A DNA stretch of 64,000 bases from Eledone cirrhosa (Eukaryota): positions 96,720,001 to 96,784,000 of the forward strand of contig OZ024743.1 of NCBI GenBank assembly GCA_964016885.1, written 5' to 3'. Numbering within the stretch: the first letter of the stretch is position 1; every line of letters begins with the position of its first letter. The notes under the pieces were generated by a model. That model was given only the letters and a program-made list of their open reading frames with translations, was not told where the DNA came from and did no database searches. Of the stretch, positions 25,762 through 39,610 are shown one piece after another. A program made the translations under genes and the position numbers.

Positions 25762-28210
25762 CAAATCAGGTGAGCACATAAGCGAGATTGACTTCTTACT
25801 AGTTAGGCAGTGGGACAGGCAGATGGTGTCAAATACCAAGGCATACCCTGGTGAAGAATGTACCCCACAGCATAGGTTAGTCGTTAATGATATCTCAGTA
25901 AGCAAGAGATGGAATGAGACATACAGGAAGGTGTGGGGAAGAAAGGTCTGGAAGCTAAAAGATCTTTCATTAAAATACAAATTTAGGAAAGCCCTTCAAG
26001 ATGTGTATGACGAAAAAGAAGACGATTTAGAGTCGTATGACATAGATGATAACTGGAATTTCTTACGTGACAACTTACTGTAGGCTGCTGATGAAACTTG
26101 TGGCTGGAGCAGAGCTCCAACCAGGCAGAGAGTGACCTGGTGGTGGAACAGCACGGTAGATAAGGCCATTAGAGACAAAAGACTAGCATGGAAGACTTGG
26201 AAAAAGGGTGGGAGTAGAGAAGGATATACAGCTGCTAAGAGAGAAGCTAGATATCGGGTGTACTTAGCACGCAGGGAGGCTGAGAGTAGGAGGTTTGCCA
26301 ATGTTCTGCGATGGGAAGATCAGAGACATGCGAGGCAGTGTGTCAGTGCAAATCAGGATGTTGTTGGAGATAAATGTGTCCGGAATGATGCCGGTATACT
26401 TAGTGTCACGAATGATCAGAAGAAGGAAGTCAGGAAATGTCATTATGAGAGACTGGTGAATGTGGAGAACGAATGGGAGAGAGAGAAATAACCCTCAGTA
26501 GATCCGACAAAGGGACCAGCTATTGAGATTGATGAGTATTGGGTCCAAGAGGCAATTAAGGAAATGAAAAATGGTAAGGCTGCTGGACCGTCGGGGATAG
26601 TTGCTGAGATGCTGAAGGCATCAGGGGATGTAGGCACTAAACTGGTTGCACACATCATCAATTAGGCTATATATGGTGGTGTCATACCCAAAGACTGGTG
26701 CAGCAGTATTCTCATAAATTGCTAAAAAGGTAAAGGGGATGCTCTGGAGAGGAGCAATTATAGGGGTATAAAACTGATGGATCAGGTTATGAAAGTGGCA
26801 GAAAGGATATTAGCACAACTAATTAGAGAAAGGGTCAAACTAGATGAGATGCAGTTTGGTTTTGTGCCTGGAAAAAGTACAACAGATGCCCTCTTCTTGG
26901 TGAGACAATTGCAAGAGAGGTTCTTAGAGAAGAATAAGCCACTATACTTAGCTTTTGTTGACCTAGAGAAGGCCTTTGACAGGGTACCCCGATCTGTCAT
27001 CTGGTGGTCCCTAAGGAAACTAGATGTTAAGGAATGGCTTGTGAGGGCAGTGCAAACTTTGTACAAAGGTGCTGTCAATAAAGTGTTGGTAGGAATGGAG
27101 TTTAGTGAGGAATTCCAGATACAAGTAGGAGTACATCAAGTTTCGGTCCTCAGCCCACTCTTGTTCATTATAGTCCTCCAAACCATAACCGAGGAGTTTA
27201 AGACTGGCTGTCCATGGGAACTTCTCTATGCTGACGATCTGGTTCTTATAGCAGAATCAGTAGAGGAGCTAGAGAATAAATACTGGCTATGGAAACAGCA
27301 GTTGGAATCAAGAGGACTGGGAGTGAACCTAGCTAAGACAAAAGTGTTGATGAGTAGAAAAGAGGACAAAACTCTGATTCCGTCAGGGAAATGGCCATGT
27401 TTGATATGCAGAAAAGGAACTGGCATAAATTCTATAAAATGCATACAATGCAGATCTTGGGTACACAAGAGATGTAGTAGGGTAGCAGGCAAACTAACAG
27501 GTAGGGAGAAATACGAATGCAGTAGATGTACAGGGAAATTAGACAGTAGAAGTCGCATTGATAGACACATTTTTCAAATGCAGGAGGGTGCTATAGAAGT
27601 GGTTGATAGCTTCCAGTACCTAGGTGATCAGATTAGCATGGGAGGGGGGTGTTCCGAGGCCATAGTATCTAGAATAAGGACGGGTTGGAAGAAGTTTAGG
27701 GAGCTGCTTCTTCTGCTGACGAAGAAGGGTTTCTCCCTGCATACGAAAGGCCGGTTATATGATGCCTGTGTGAAGAGTGCGATGTTGCATGTTAGTGAGA
27801 CATGGGCAGCAACTGCAGAGGATATGCGACGGCTAGAGAGAAATGAGGTAAACATGCTCCATTGGATGTGCAATGTCAATGTGCGTGAACGACCGAGTAT
27901 GGATGTGTTGAGAGAGAAATTGTGTCTGAGAAGGATAGAATGTAGTGTGCGAGAGAGGAGACTGCGGTGGTATGGACATGTGATGCGCATGGAGGATGAC
28001 TGATGGGTGAAGAAGTCCCAGTTCAAGGAAGATGTAGTAGAGGTAGACCACAAAAAACTTGGGCGGAGGTGATGAGAGCAGACCTCAGATCGCTGAAGCT
28101 CACGGTGGAGATGACGAAGGACCATGACAAGTAGAGAGATGCTGTACTGAATAGGACCCGTCCCACCCTACAAAGCAGGGAAAAGCGGACATAAAATGAT
28201 GATGATGATG
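25761..28210 (+). mobile_element. RTE-clade LINE, 5'-truncated, with premature stops
   Basis: End of APE (SEIDFLL...QHRLV), RT motifs NYRGIKL, FVDLEKAFDRVP, LLYADDL, C-terminal RRLRWYGHV, and (GAT)n tail. Confidence 0.95.
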
Positions 28211-28247
<37 letters not shown>

Positions 28248-29387
28248 ACACACACATATATATATATCATCATATATATATATACACACACAGACATTGG
28301 TTGTTAAATTTAAGACAATCAATATATTCACATTCTTTTTTGATTGTTTTAAATGTCACCACACTCATTTAAATGTATAATTCATCAGTTTAGTACTGTA
28401 CATACTGTTGAAGTGTTACTGATTATCTACAATTTTTGTGTAGTGTTGTCATGCAGCTTAGTTATTTTTGTATTAATTTATTTATTCAAGTGTTTACATT
28501 CAATTTTTTTCTTTCCTTATGTTAGGTTGAGTGGGATAGGTTTACAAATTCAGATATTTGCAGTGTTGGATTGGGGGCAGTTATTAATTAATTTATATCT
28601 ATTTATTTTTTAATGTCTTGGATCATTTCTTCTACTTCTAATCACTTAAGCAACATTCAAGTAGAAGCTATATATAAGGTTATACTTTAACTTTAGAGAA
28701 GAAACATTTTTTAAGTATTTACTTCTACAATATGTTTTGACCAGTTTGATATTTGATCATCATCATTGGAAATGTTATTCCTTGCTGGTGTACAGAATAT
28801 CAGGCTGGATTCAATTTCATCTCTTATTTCAGTCCATCTGCCAATTGAACCCAGGAAACATACTCATGCCAGGTCATGGTTTAGATTTCTGATAGAGTCT
28901 TCAGTCTGGTGTGTTTTTGAAGTATGTCAATAAAGTTAATAGTTTGTCTCCCATAATTTATCTGGCCACACATTGGTTGCTACTCCATTAGATTTCTGGC
29001 TATTCCGGATGTCTCACACAGGGACCAGCCAATCATAACATTTACTGAATTCAAACTAAGAGCTTATATTTTTAAACCAATGATAAAATCTAAGTAGATG
29101 AGCTTCTGTCAGTTTCAATGGTGATTGTTCCAATTGTTCAATCAATGGGATGGCCTATTCATGAAATTAACATGTATGTGGCTGAGTATTCCACAAACAT
29201 CTGTACCTATAATGCATTTTTCTGGGAAAATCAATGTGGCAAATCTGCTCCATTGAACTACAGATGCAGTCAATTCAATGAACTACCATTCAGCATTTGT
29301 CTCCCTAATTTAATTCCTCTAGCTTGGGTTACCTAACACTCTACCGATACTGTTAATCTGATGTCCTGAGGAGGATTGCAATAACGA

Positions 29388-29827
29388 TAATAGTTTCTCA
29401 TTTAAGCACAAGGCCAACAATTTTGGTGGGAGGGAAAGTCAATTAAATCAACCCCAGTGCATTACTGGTACTTTATTTTATTGACTCTGCAAGGATGAAA
29501 GGCAAAGTTAGCCTTGGCTGGATTGTGAACTCAGAACGTAAAGGGCCGCAACTCTATGCCGCAAAGCATGATATCTGACACTCTACTGATATTGCCAATC
29601 CACCACCCTAATAGTTTCTGAATTAGCCACAAGCCCAACAAGTTTTGGGGGAGGGGAAAGTCGATTAAATTAACCCCAGCACTTTACTGGTGTTTTATTT
29701 ATCAACCCTGTAAGAATGAAAGGCTAAGCTAACCTTGCCGGGATTTGAACTCCGAATGTAAAGGGCCGTAACTTTATGCCACTAAGCATGATTTCCAATG
29801 CTCCACTGATACTGTGAATCTACTGCC
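29388..29827 (-). mobile_element. Two tandem ATT-tail SINEs abutting the Tx1 3' end
   Basis: About 29388-29608 and 29610-29827, each with a tttct...cacaag tail and gatt(t)gaactc B box. Confidence 0.8.
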
Positions 29828-30110
29828 TAATAATAATAATAATAATAATTATTATTATTATAATGCTTTCTTTATTAACCACAAGGGTTTACATAAAGTA
29901 GACATTAAGGACAGTACAGGACAATACAGGACGGTACAAATGGGCATTTCTGCGTGTAAAAAAAAACAGATGATGTAATAAAAATAACAATGAAAAATTC
30001 CCCAATAGGGGGGAGACTTCCGAGGGACATTTGTGGAGGAGGCCCATTAAAAGGCCACAGTGACCCTGACCACCAGGGAAAGTGCCCTCTCCCAGTTTTC
30101 CACCTTTAAT

Positions 30111-33100
30111 TTACAGACACATACTCAGAGTAGGCCCATTCACTCGGGCCATACTTGCTTCTCTCACCCATCTTTCAACAAAATGCTGGGAAGAGAGCAC
30201 TCTCCTCTCTACCCTGATTTTCCTTTTCAAATGAAATTTGAAAAAGTTAATCAGGGCATCACCGAAGAGGTAAGTGCTCGTCTTCAGCCCTTTCAAACGT
30301 GTCCACCATACTATCTCTTTCGCCATGGCCACCAGACAGATAAAAACTGCCTGCCCTTCCCGGCTAAAGGAAGAGGGCTGGGCAATCGTCACGATGGACT
30401 CAGCTGATAGCTGGATCCGTCCTACACGCGACAGCAGGTGTTCGACATAAACCCACAAGTCAGCAATGCTCGGACACTGGACGAGTGCGTGCAGGACGGT
30501 TTCGTCGCCCTGTGCGCATCTCGGACATGCCCGGCTGACGGCACCTCCATGCCTGTAGAGTTTATCCCGAACTGTCAAAGCTCCTCGGTAGCACTGCCAG
30601 GGATTTCTGGAAGTTGTCCATAGGCCCCGGCCCAAAAGCTCTTCCGAACAGATTGGCTAGTTGATTTTCGTCGACGCCTAGAGTTTCCCCAAGTACGTCG
30701 TCGCTCTTCCCCTCCACTAATCCTCTATAGAACGCCAAGGTGGAGTTTCCACCGATCACATTGCCCGATTGGTCGAGGGCTGTGAGCGCCTGAAGACATT
30801 CCAGTCTCCAAGCGCTCCCTCTCGGTCTTCGCTTGACCCAGGACTGCAGCTCCGTCAAGGAGACGAGCTGGGGAAAGACGCGTCTAGCAAACGGCGACCA
30901 CACCTGAGCACCGTCGAGGAAGAGGTGAAGATGTCGTAGCCTGAGCGCGTGTCTGCGCATCATCAGCCACGGCATGCCCAGCCCTCCACGTAGCGGGTGT
31001 TGACAGCAGATGGACCGCCTGACCATCGGAGCGCATCCCTTCCACAAAAAGCGAAAGAGCAAACGCTCCAGCGCAGTCAGGCGGGGCTTAGGACAAGGTA
31101 TGACGGTCAGGCGGTAGCAGATGACGGACGTGATGTACGCGTTAGCCACCTCCGCCTGACCTTTCAGGGATAGCTTCCTCTCCGCCCATTTCTGGGTGAG
31201 AGAAGCCACCCTGCTCGTCACCTCGTCCCAGTTTTTGTCCGTCTGGAGGTCCGGACCCAACCAGACCCCTAGCAATTTAACCGGTCCGTCTGTCCAGCGC
31301 CCGACGACGCTGTTAGACGGCATGGACCTGCCTCTCCAGGTGCCGAGCTGCAGGCCCACTGACTTTTCCTGGTTGATCATTGCTCCTGTCACCGCTTCGT
31401 ATTCTCTTAGAGTAGTGCCGATCGCCTCGATGTGTTTGGCGTTCGACACCACTACGGTGACATCGTCCGCATATGCTGACACGGATCTTCCGCATCCTAG
31501 TTCGCGCGGGACCCCCCTCAACGTCTCCAGTTTGTGCAGTAATGGCTCGAGAGTCAATACGTACAAGAGGGGACATCCTTGGCGGACCGAGCGCATGATG
31601 TTGAACGGTTCCGAAAGGTGACCGTTCATTCTCACCACAGAGCAGATGTCGCTGTGCATGGCAGCGATCCAGCCTCTGAAGACGGGCCCAAAGCCAGCCG
31701 CCCTCAGGACTGCTGCTAGGTAACGATGGTCGACCCTATCGAAAGCTTTCGACTGATCTAAATTGATCAAAGACCCACCCGTGCCAGGTTCCCTAGCTAC
31801 GCTCTCTACGATGTATCGCATGAGGTGGAGGTTGTCGTGGATGGATCTGTCGGGAATGGCGCACGTCTGCGCCTCTCCCACCAGACCACCAACGACAAGC
31901 GCCAGCCTCTTTGCTAGCACCTTGGCCAAAATCTTGAACTCTGTGTTTAGCAGAGTTATGGGCCTGAAATTATCTATGTTACCACCCTTGTTCGGATCCT
32001 TTCTCAGCAGCGCCACAGCTCCTCGGCTCACAGAGCTGGGAATTCTCCCGTTCTGTTGCCAGTTGCAGTAGACGTCCGCCAAGAGGCCTCCGAACAAGTC
32101 TGGCATCTGTACGTAAAGTTCATAGGGCAGACCATCCAAACCAGGCGATTTACCCCTTGTGCAGCCAGTCATTGCCTCCCGTACTTCAGCGGCTGTTATC
32201 GGCTTTTAGCAACACTCCACCTCAGTGGCCGAGAGCCGCGGCAGTCCGTCGAGGTAGACACTAAAGTCCATCCCTCGATCCGGCCCGCCGCTGCCCCCGA
32301 ACAGCTGGGCGAAGTGTCGCTGGAAAGCTTCACACATTTGCCCGGGATCGAGTCGCATGCGCCCGTCTTGGTCCACCAAAGACCGGATCGTGGTTTTGTT
32401 GCCACGACGCGCCTCCCCCACTCTGGCCCATTGAACGGCTTTCGTCCCCTCGTGTCTGAGAGCACGCACCCTAGCTCTGACAACGCAGCCTTCGTGCTTT
32501 GCATTGAAGAAATGGTCAAGGGCCAATTTCGCCGCAAGTACGTCGGTCGCGATGCCTTTGCTAAGCGCCTCGTCTAATTTCCTAACTAGTTCTCCCTCTG
32601 CTCTATTTTTCTCTATTGCTAAAGCTTTACTAAACCTAATGGACTCTATTCTAATCGCTCTTTTCAGAGCAAACCACCAGTTGTTGTTGACGATGGCTCC
32701 CGTCAAGGCCCGCTTAACTAGTTCACTAATCCGGTCTCTGTAGGCCTTGTGCGCTGGTAAGGACGCGTTTAGCTTCCAGTAGTCGGGTCCTCGTCTATGA
32801 AGCCTATCTAAGTCAAGCACACAATTCACGAATGTGTGCTCCGTGTAGCTGACTATCTTGAATTGTGGACAGCCTATGCTAGACCTATCTATTTCCCTAC
32901 AAAATACTCTATCTAGATATGATCTGGATGACCCTATGCGATTTGTCCAAGTCCACATTGGCACATTCGGGAAATCCAATCGGTATCTGTCAGACAGCTC
33001 AAAACGCCTGAGCAGGTTGGTGAGGCTCTTGCACCCTCCTCCCCTATCCGTTAATCCCACACAGTCCCAGCGTGCATCTAAGATCCCGTTCCAGTCGCCC

Positions 33101-33507
33101 ACTAACACTAAAGAGCGGGACGTTCCAAGAAAGATCTCCAGACGCCGGAAGAAATCAGGCCGCCCTGCTTCTGTCGGGGCATAGACGGCTACTAGCCTGA
33201 AAGCTTGCCCGTCTCCGCTGGTCACGTCCAGCACCACCAAATTACCTTCTGGGTCCAGGAAGATGGCCCGTATGGCGAGATCCAAACCTCTCCGAAAAAG
33301 CTCAGCAAACCCTCCCCCCGATCCAGGACGGCTGGGAGATGCGTACACATCGTAGTAGCCGCCGAAGATCGGTGCGAAGGCCCGTGCTTCGGAGATTCTG
33401 GTCTCGCTGATGGCCACTACATCTATGTTTAGTGACCTGAGGTGGCTCTGCTTCCATGACGACCTCAAGCCACGCGCATTTATGCTGCCTATTCTGAGTG
33501 AGGTCAT
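30111..33507 (-). pseudogene. Tx1/L1 ORF2 (APE endonuclease + RT + C-terminal zinc finger), disrupted
   Basis: SINARGL, ISET, GDWN, SYLDRV, NFRPITLLN, DQSKAFDRV, AYADDV, CPRC...ETVLHALVQC. In-frame TAA at 32206-32208 and a frameshift near 30600. Confidence 0.92.
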
Positions 33508-33541
33508 GTTGAAATGGAGTGGAAAAGATGGGAAAGACCAC

Positions 33542-35219
33542 TTACCTTACTTCTCGTAGAGGAAGGATGGTTTCTCCATCCTTTTCTCTGCTTGTGGCCT
33601 CCTCAGGAAGGATGTCCTTATAAATTCTCCTGGAGAGTGCTTGTCGGAAGTCTCCGATGTCTTTGGGGAATTTTTGTTTTAGTGTCGTGCACGTTTTCTG
33701 TGTGATGCGAGTGATTTGTATGTGTGGAGGTGGTGTGAACTTTTGGGTTGTTGTGTAGTCTTTTTCTGTGATGCTGGTGTTGTGTTGGATGTAGTGTAAT
33801 AATTGGTTGTTGTTCAAATTTAATGCTGTGTAGTGTGTATCGTTTTGGTTGTTTTGTTTTGTTTGCGTTTGTTGTGGGTTTGTTTCTGTTTCGCTTTTTG
33901 GTGACTTTTGTGGTGTTGGTGATGGTGGTGTTGGGGTTAATGATGATGATGGTGTTGGTGTTTGTGGTGATGGGGTTGGTGATGCTGGTGTGGATGGTGG
34001 CATACCTGTCCTAACTTTTTTGTTTGATAGTTTATTTGTGTCCCTCTGTATTTTGTTTTTGGAGGGGGAAGGAAGAGATTTTTTCTTTTTTGGTTTCTTT
34101 TTCTTTTTTTCTTTTTTCCTGATACCGTTTCCCACTCCTCGTCGTCACAATCTGTCTCCACTTGCGATAGGTCGGGGAGTGGAAAATTCTCCACATGCGT
34201 TGGTTTTGGTTGTGGCGTGGTGGATGGTGTAGGCGCTGGTGCTAGTTCTGGCGCGTTGGGTGGTGGTGGTGTTGGTTTTGCCACTGTTGCTGGGCTTGTT
34301 GCTGTTACAGTTGCTTCTGTTGTTGCTGCCATTTCTGCTGCTGGTGGTGTTGATGGTTGAGTCACTGGGATGGGTAAGAGAGGTGGCCTCAACCTTTTAG
34401 CCTGAGGGCAGAAAGCCCTTAGGTGGGTTCCTTCACCACAAACGACACACCTAGGCCTTCTGCCCTCGATGATTACGGTGAGGTGGCTGCCGTCAGTGAG
34501 GTCTATTACCTCTGGGATATCCTCAATGCTTTTTTGGTTCGCTTGGATCAGGAGCTCCATCCCAGATCCGGACCAGTTCTCCTGCTTTTCTTTCGCTATT
34601 TCGATTATCTTGGTGTTGGCTTCGATGCCGGCGAGGACGGCAGCTATTAGCCAGGGAATTTCGATGGCCGGTGGAACGTGGGTCACCCTGATCTTCACGA
34701 GTCTCTGGTCACAATAGCTTGGGACGAGTGTGAAGTCGTCACTTCTTAATAGGGCCATGGAGTGTTCTCTGGTCTCCTGTGGTGTTTCAAAGAACACGTC
34801 CACGGTTCCATATTTCTGCCCACGTCTGATGTGGGTTTTTTTGCCCACACATGTCCCAAAGCTTTTTGGATTTGGGACTCGGATGCCCGTTCCACTCGGC
34901 GCGATTTTATATTAATCGCCGATAAGACACGGTTCATAGGCGCCGATGCTCCATTTTATTAGGTGGGGGTGGGGGTGGGCGGGGGGCTGACCCTGTACCC
35001 ATCTTTTTTTACCAATTTTTTGGCTTTTTCTAATTCCTCCTGAGTTACCTGGAATGCTTCGCACTTTTTTGTTACTCTAGCAAAACTCAGGGTGGTTTTC
35101 TTAATTTCATTGTTGTTGTTGTTATTGTTATTTTTGTTATTGTTAATTTTAGTTTCAGTTGTGGTGGTGGTGACGTCAGTGGTGTTCGGTGTGGAAGAGT
35201 TCATTTTGGGTGAATCCAT
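33542..35219 (-). pseudogene. Tx1/L1 ORF1 (gag-like), frameshifted
   Basis: Pieces 34959-35219, 33937-34848 and 33542-34135. Contains CVVCGEGTHLRAFC (CX2CX4HX4C), Pro/Thr-rich tracts and a Lys run. Confidence 0.8.
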
Positions 35220-37737
35220 TTCGATGTCACGAGATAATTTCTTTCTTTTGTTTCTGTTGTCGCTGTGGTGGTGGCGGCTTCAACACCTGCAGTCATTGGT
35301 AATGGCGGGAAATGAATGTCTGCATGAGACAAATTAAAAATATTGCTACTGCTTATATTTTTAGTGTTGGCAAACGTAGTAATATTTACAATGGTGGTGT
35401 CGGTGTGAGGTGTTAGTTTGTGAGGAAGGTGTGACTCTTAGTCGTCAATGATTTTTTCAAAGAAAAATTTTTTGTTTGATAATTATAAAAGTTTAAATTT
35501 TGGGCTCAAGGCCCCAATCGTTTTGAGTGTCCTTTTCAGAAAACAATGTATGTGCACTTATATACAGTTAACAATAAAAATTTTCCATAAATGCCAATTT
35601 TAAACAACTGAAAATAACAAACCTTTGTGGAGCTCACGATAATACGATTTACTACGTACGTCGCCAATAATAATAATAATAATGATAATAATAATAATAA
35701 TAATAATAAACAATAACAATATTAAACAATAATGATTGTCTAACCCTAGGGAAAACAGAAGTTAAAATCTTCATTCATCTGAACTGACAATGGTTTCTCA
35801 CACATTACTATTTCTCTCAGTCCACATTCCATCTGCAAACCTTACTACCCTAATATCAAACCTCAACATTTTTTCCTATGTCTTTCTCAGTCTTCCTCTC
35901 TCTTGAATTTAATTTTGAGGGAAATACCTTATTTTCCCCAGGATGTTTTTAGCATACTGCCTGTTGTTTAGACACATTAGACTTGATTCAGCAAATCTGC
36001 TATCAAAGACATGCCAGCCTTCACTATACTGCTTTCATTTCAAAAACATAATACCTATAATTATAATCACATTATCCAATGTGCTCTCCCTTTGATCTCA
36101 CATGGTTCAGTAGACCTATCACCGAAGCCATTCTAGACATGGCCATCCCATCTGTTATATATATCTACAATTACACACTGTCTAATGTGTCATTCTAGTT
36201 GAAGCAGGTAGAATGAGATTTGTGAAACTTTTAGCTGATTTTTGTTTTATAGCCGGTTGGGCAACCACATAGAGACTTCCTAGCTGTCTTTGGGGCTGAA
36301 AATATAGTCCTATGGGCTAGATTACCTGAAGAGTATGTCTCTGATGAAATGATCTTTGAGAAACTTACCCTAAGTGAGAATGAAAAAAAAGAAAGCTGCA
36401 GGGATGTGCTACCTACATAACCCTAATTTTTAGCAGTCAGTATGGTCGAAAATTCTGTATTATGCAATTCTTTTTCCTGTAAGAAAAATAGATGTGTATA
36501 GAATGTATAAGTATAATTCAGTGCATAAAAAATAATTATTAACAACTGTATTATTTCATGCAACTAACCTTTTGTGCACCATCAATTTTTTATTCACACA
36601 TTAATTTCTTTCGTGTATTGAATGCTTGTGCACAACATGCACAGGCACAGCTTCGAGAAAACAAAGCTACTGATTATGATAGCCAATCCAATTTTTATAT
36701 ATATATATATATCAAGTATAATTAGATGCAGGCATGGCTGTTTGTTTAATGAGTTCACTTCATAACTACATGGTTTCAGGTTCTTCCACATATAGCACTT
36801 TTTACACGTGGCTTTTACTTCAATCTCAGCTTGACTTTATTATTGAAATTTGTTAAATGAAAACTGTGTAGAAACCCATTGTACATTCTATATCTGTGTA
36901 TATATATGTGTGTGTTAATGTGACTGTGTTTACATTTGCTGTTTGTTTATATTATGTAAGAGATCAATAAAAGGAGTATCAGTCTCCAAAAACTAAGTCT
37001 GGGGCCAATATTATCAACTAAGTCCCTTCATGGTGGTGCCCCATCATGGCTGCAATATAATGACTGAAACAAGTAAAAGAAAATAATTAAAAAAATAATG
37101 TATTTAGAATTACAATAGACAATATAGTTCTCCTGCTTAAGATAGTAGGGTGTCAATTGGATGTGATCTGGTCACAGGCTGAATGATTGCATAGAGATTC
37201 CTTGTTATGTGAAGAGTATAAATGAGTTAGTAACTATTCCCAGTGGAACCAGTAGAGGGTTAGTTGTTGAGGTTTCCTTAACTTTTAACATACTATAATT
37301 ATTTAGAAGAAAATATCTAAAAACGGATTTGTTAATTAAAATGTTTATAGTATTTTTACTAGGACAGATTACTGTGAATATTTGCAGTAAACTAAATTAA
37401 AGACTTCAATTTTAAATGAGATACAGACATCGGGCTGTTTTATATGTTTAAGAATGTGTTGCTAATAATTTGTTTTAATGCTGTAGTAGACTTTAAGACG
37501 TAATTATAGTTAGATATGTCATAAAGGCAGACATGCTGAAGAGCAATTAAAGAAGAGAGTTAAAATGGAAGGAGAAAAGACAGAAGAGGTGACAGAAACT
37601 AGCATGAGCATCACCATAGCCAAATACAACTTTTACATGCAAAAACCACCATGGCGTATGCTCCTCCAGAATTGGGCTGTACAGTCCAATGGTGTGAACT
37701 CCATTGTCTCTTACCAATGAGTTAGTAACATTCTTAA

Positions 37738-37958
37738 CCCTTTAGCATTTACATTACTCTATAATTACTATTGTATTTTCACAGTAAACACGTTACCTCA
37801 CTTAAATATCTCACATAATATTGAATCTATGAGATTTTTATATTATTTATTTTGAGAACTATATCTTAATGTCGGTATGAGTGGCCAGTTACAGCTGGCT
37901 TGAACAGAAAGAGGTGAGAAAATTCTGGCTGGTTATGGCCGGTTTAAATGCTAAAGGG
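37738..37958. mobile_element. TTAA-flanked MITE
   Basis: Intact termini ttaa|ccctttagcattt...aaatgctaaaggg|ttaa. Confidence 0.85.
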
Positions 37959-39469
37959 TTAAGAAGCTTTATGGTAAAGAAAGCATCAAGTCTATCAGCG
38001 ATAGAGAATGAGATGCTAAAAGCATCAAGCTACTTAAGTAACTTACAGAGCAGTAGATTAGCAGAATTGTTTGAGTGTTGGACAAGAGGTAAAATACTGT
38101 TGAGTTCAATGTGCACTATTGAAATACCGTTGGCCTTAGTGTGGTTATGATGGAAAGAACGAGTGTACAGTGATAGGCACCGATGAAATTGGGAATTGAT
38201 TTATTTTCTTAATTTGTTGGCTAATTCATTATTAATTGAAACATTTATTTGTAGTTTTGTACTGGTTTATCTAAGTAAGGAGAGTCTTGTCTGTGCAAAT
38301 ATTTTTGTTTAATTAGAGTAGGCTTGTATGTACTTATAAGAATAGAATTCATTGCAATTAGTCATTGGTTGACATTGATTTAATTAGTAATTTTGTTTTT
38401 TCACACTTCTTTGTTTTTATTTAGCTCCAGTTTGTAAATGCTAAAATATTGCCCTTTTCCTCAAATATGTAGTATTGACAGGCATTTTGAGAGGGCCATG
38501 GTTGTTTGACTAATGTTGCAAATATTATGGAGTTGACAACTTTTAGTTTTACTTTTGTAACAAATGTTTCAAGAAACCTGATGCTGAACCAACGACCAGA
38601 TATGACATTTTAACCAGCTAGAAAAAGCAGCAAAACTCCATCAAATTACTTTCTTTTTTTTTTACTAAAAAAGAAAAGAAATAGTAAATAATCTAATCTC
38701 CGAATAATGTATTATATAAAAAGATGGGATGGTTATGGCTGGAATGTATTTGATAAGAGGTCTGTTTGATCAGTGTTGGCTTCAAACTACACAACAACAA
38801 CAGATCCAATTTAAAAAACAGACATATTGGTTTTGCTTGTGGAAAAAAGCTGTGCTCATGACCTTCTAGGCTCTTTGAGACCAGTGGAATCAATGTGGTT
38901 AACATAAGAAGTAAAGGAATTCACAGTGCGCAGATGTTCTGGTGGGATGGGACTGGGTGTAGTAATGAGATCAGAGACTGGGAATTGAATGCAATAATTA
39001 ATAAGTGGAAGAGGAAGGACAAGGTGGTTGGGAGTGCCTGAGAGGTAGTTGATTGAAACCAGTCATCTCTGAGAAAGAAAAGCTACAGTAGTATCAGTAG
39101 CAAAGTCAGAGACATGAGATTACACATATGTTGGACAGACGTTGGAGTAGGTCTACAAAATCAGAGATGAATTGGGGCTTAACAACAGCAATAACGACAA
39201 CAGGATATCGTGTTATTAGAAACCTATCGTTCTTTTTTTTTTTTTGTTGCTTATAATGACATTCAGTCCGAGCAGCTAGCCGGATAAGACTCCTTCTTTC
39301 AACTATTTTTCATTTCCAACTTGTCAAGACCTTTTTATTGACACCTTTTATCTTGTCTCGATTGGATTACACTTGAGATGTTAGTGTCAACAGCAGTACT
39401 TGGCACTAATTCTGTTTCTGCTGATGACATTCAGTTACTTTGATGATCATTTCACTTGGGGAGCTTTCA

Positions 39470-39610
39470 ACTCTCTCTCTCTCTCCCCTTCTCTATTTTT
39501 CTCCCTTCCACCCCTCTCTCCTTTTCTCCCTTCCACCCCTCTCTCTTTTTCTCCCTTCCACCCCTCTCTCTCTTTCTCCCCTTCCCCCTCTCTCGCCCCT
39601 CCCCTCTCAA
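39470..39610. repeat. Polypyrimidine tandem repeat (unit about 25 bp, ttttctcccttccacccctctctc)
   Basis: About four imperfect copies in a nearly pure C/T tract. Confidence 0.8.

Larger units (their letters stand above)
29863..35665 (-). mobile_element. Near full-length Tx1/L1-clade LINE (about 5.8 kb) in an (AAT)n microsatellite
   Basis: 5' UTR, ORF1 with CCHC knuckle, ORF2 APE-RT-zinc finger, AATAAA near the 3' end, (AAT)n on both flanks. Confidence 0.93.

Noticed and set aside
31196-34915. Plus-strand ORFs overlapping the Tx1 element (and antisense ORFs over the RTE and R4 copies)
   Set aside because: Shadow ORFs of LINE coding sequence with no recognisable motifs.
36338-36379. Hammerhead-like string CTGATGA...GAAACTTA-ccc-TAAGTG
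   Set aside because: Stem II does not pair, and the cleavage triplet would be GUG, which is non-permissive.
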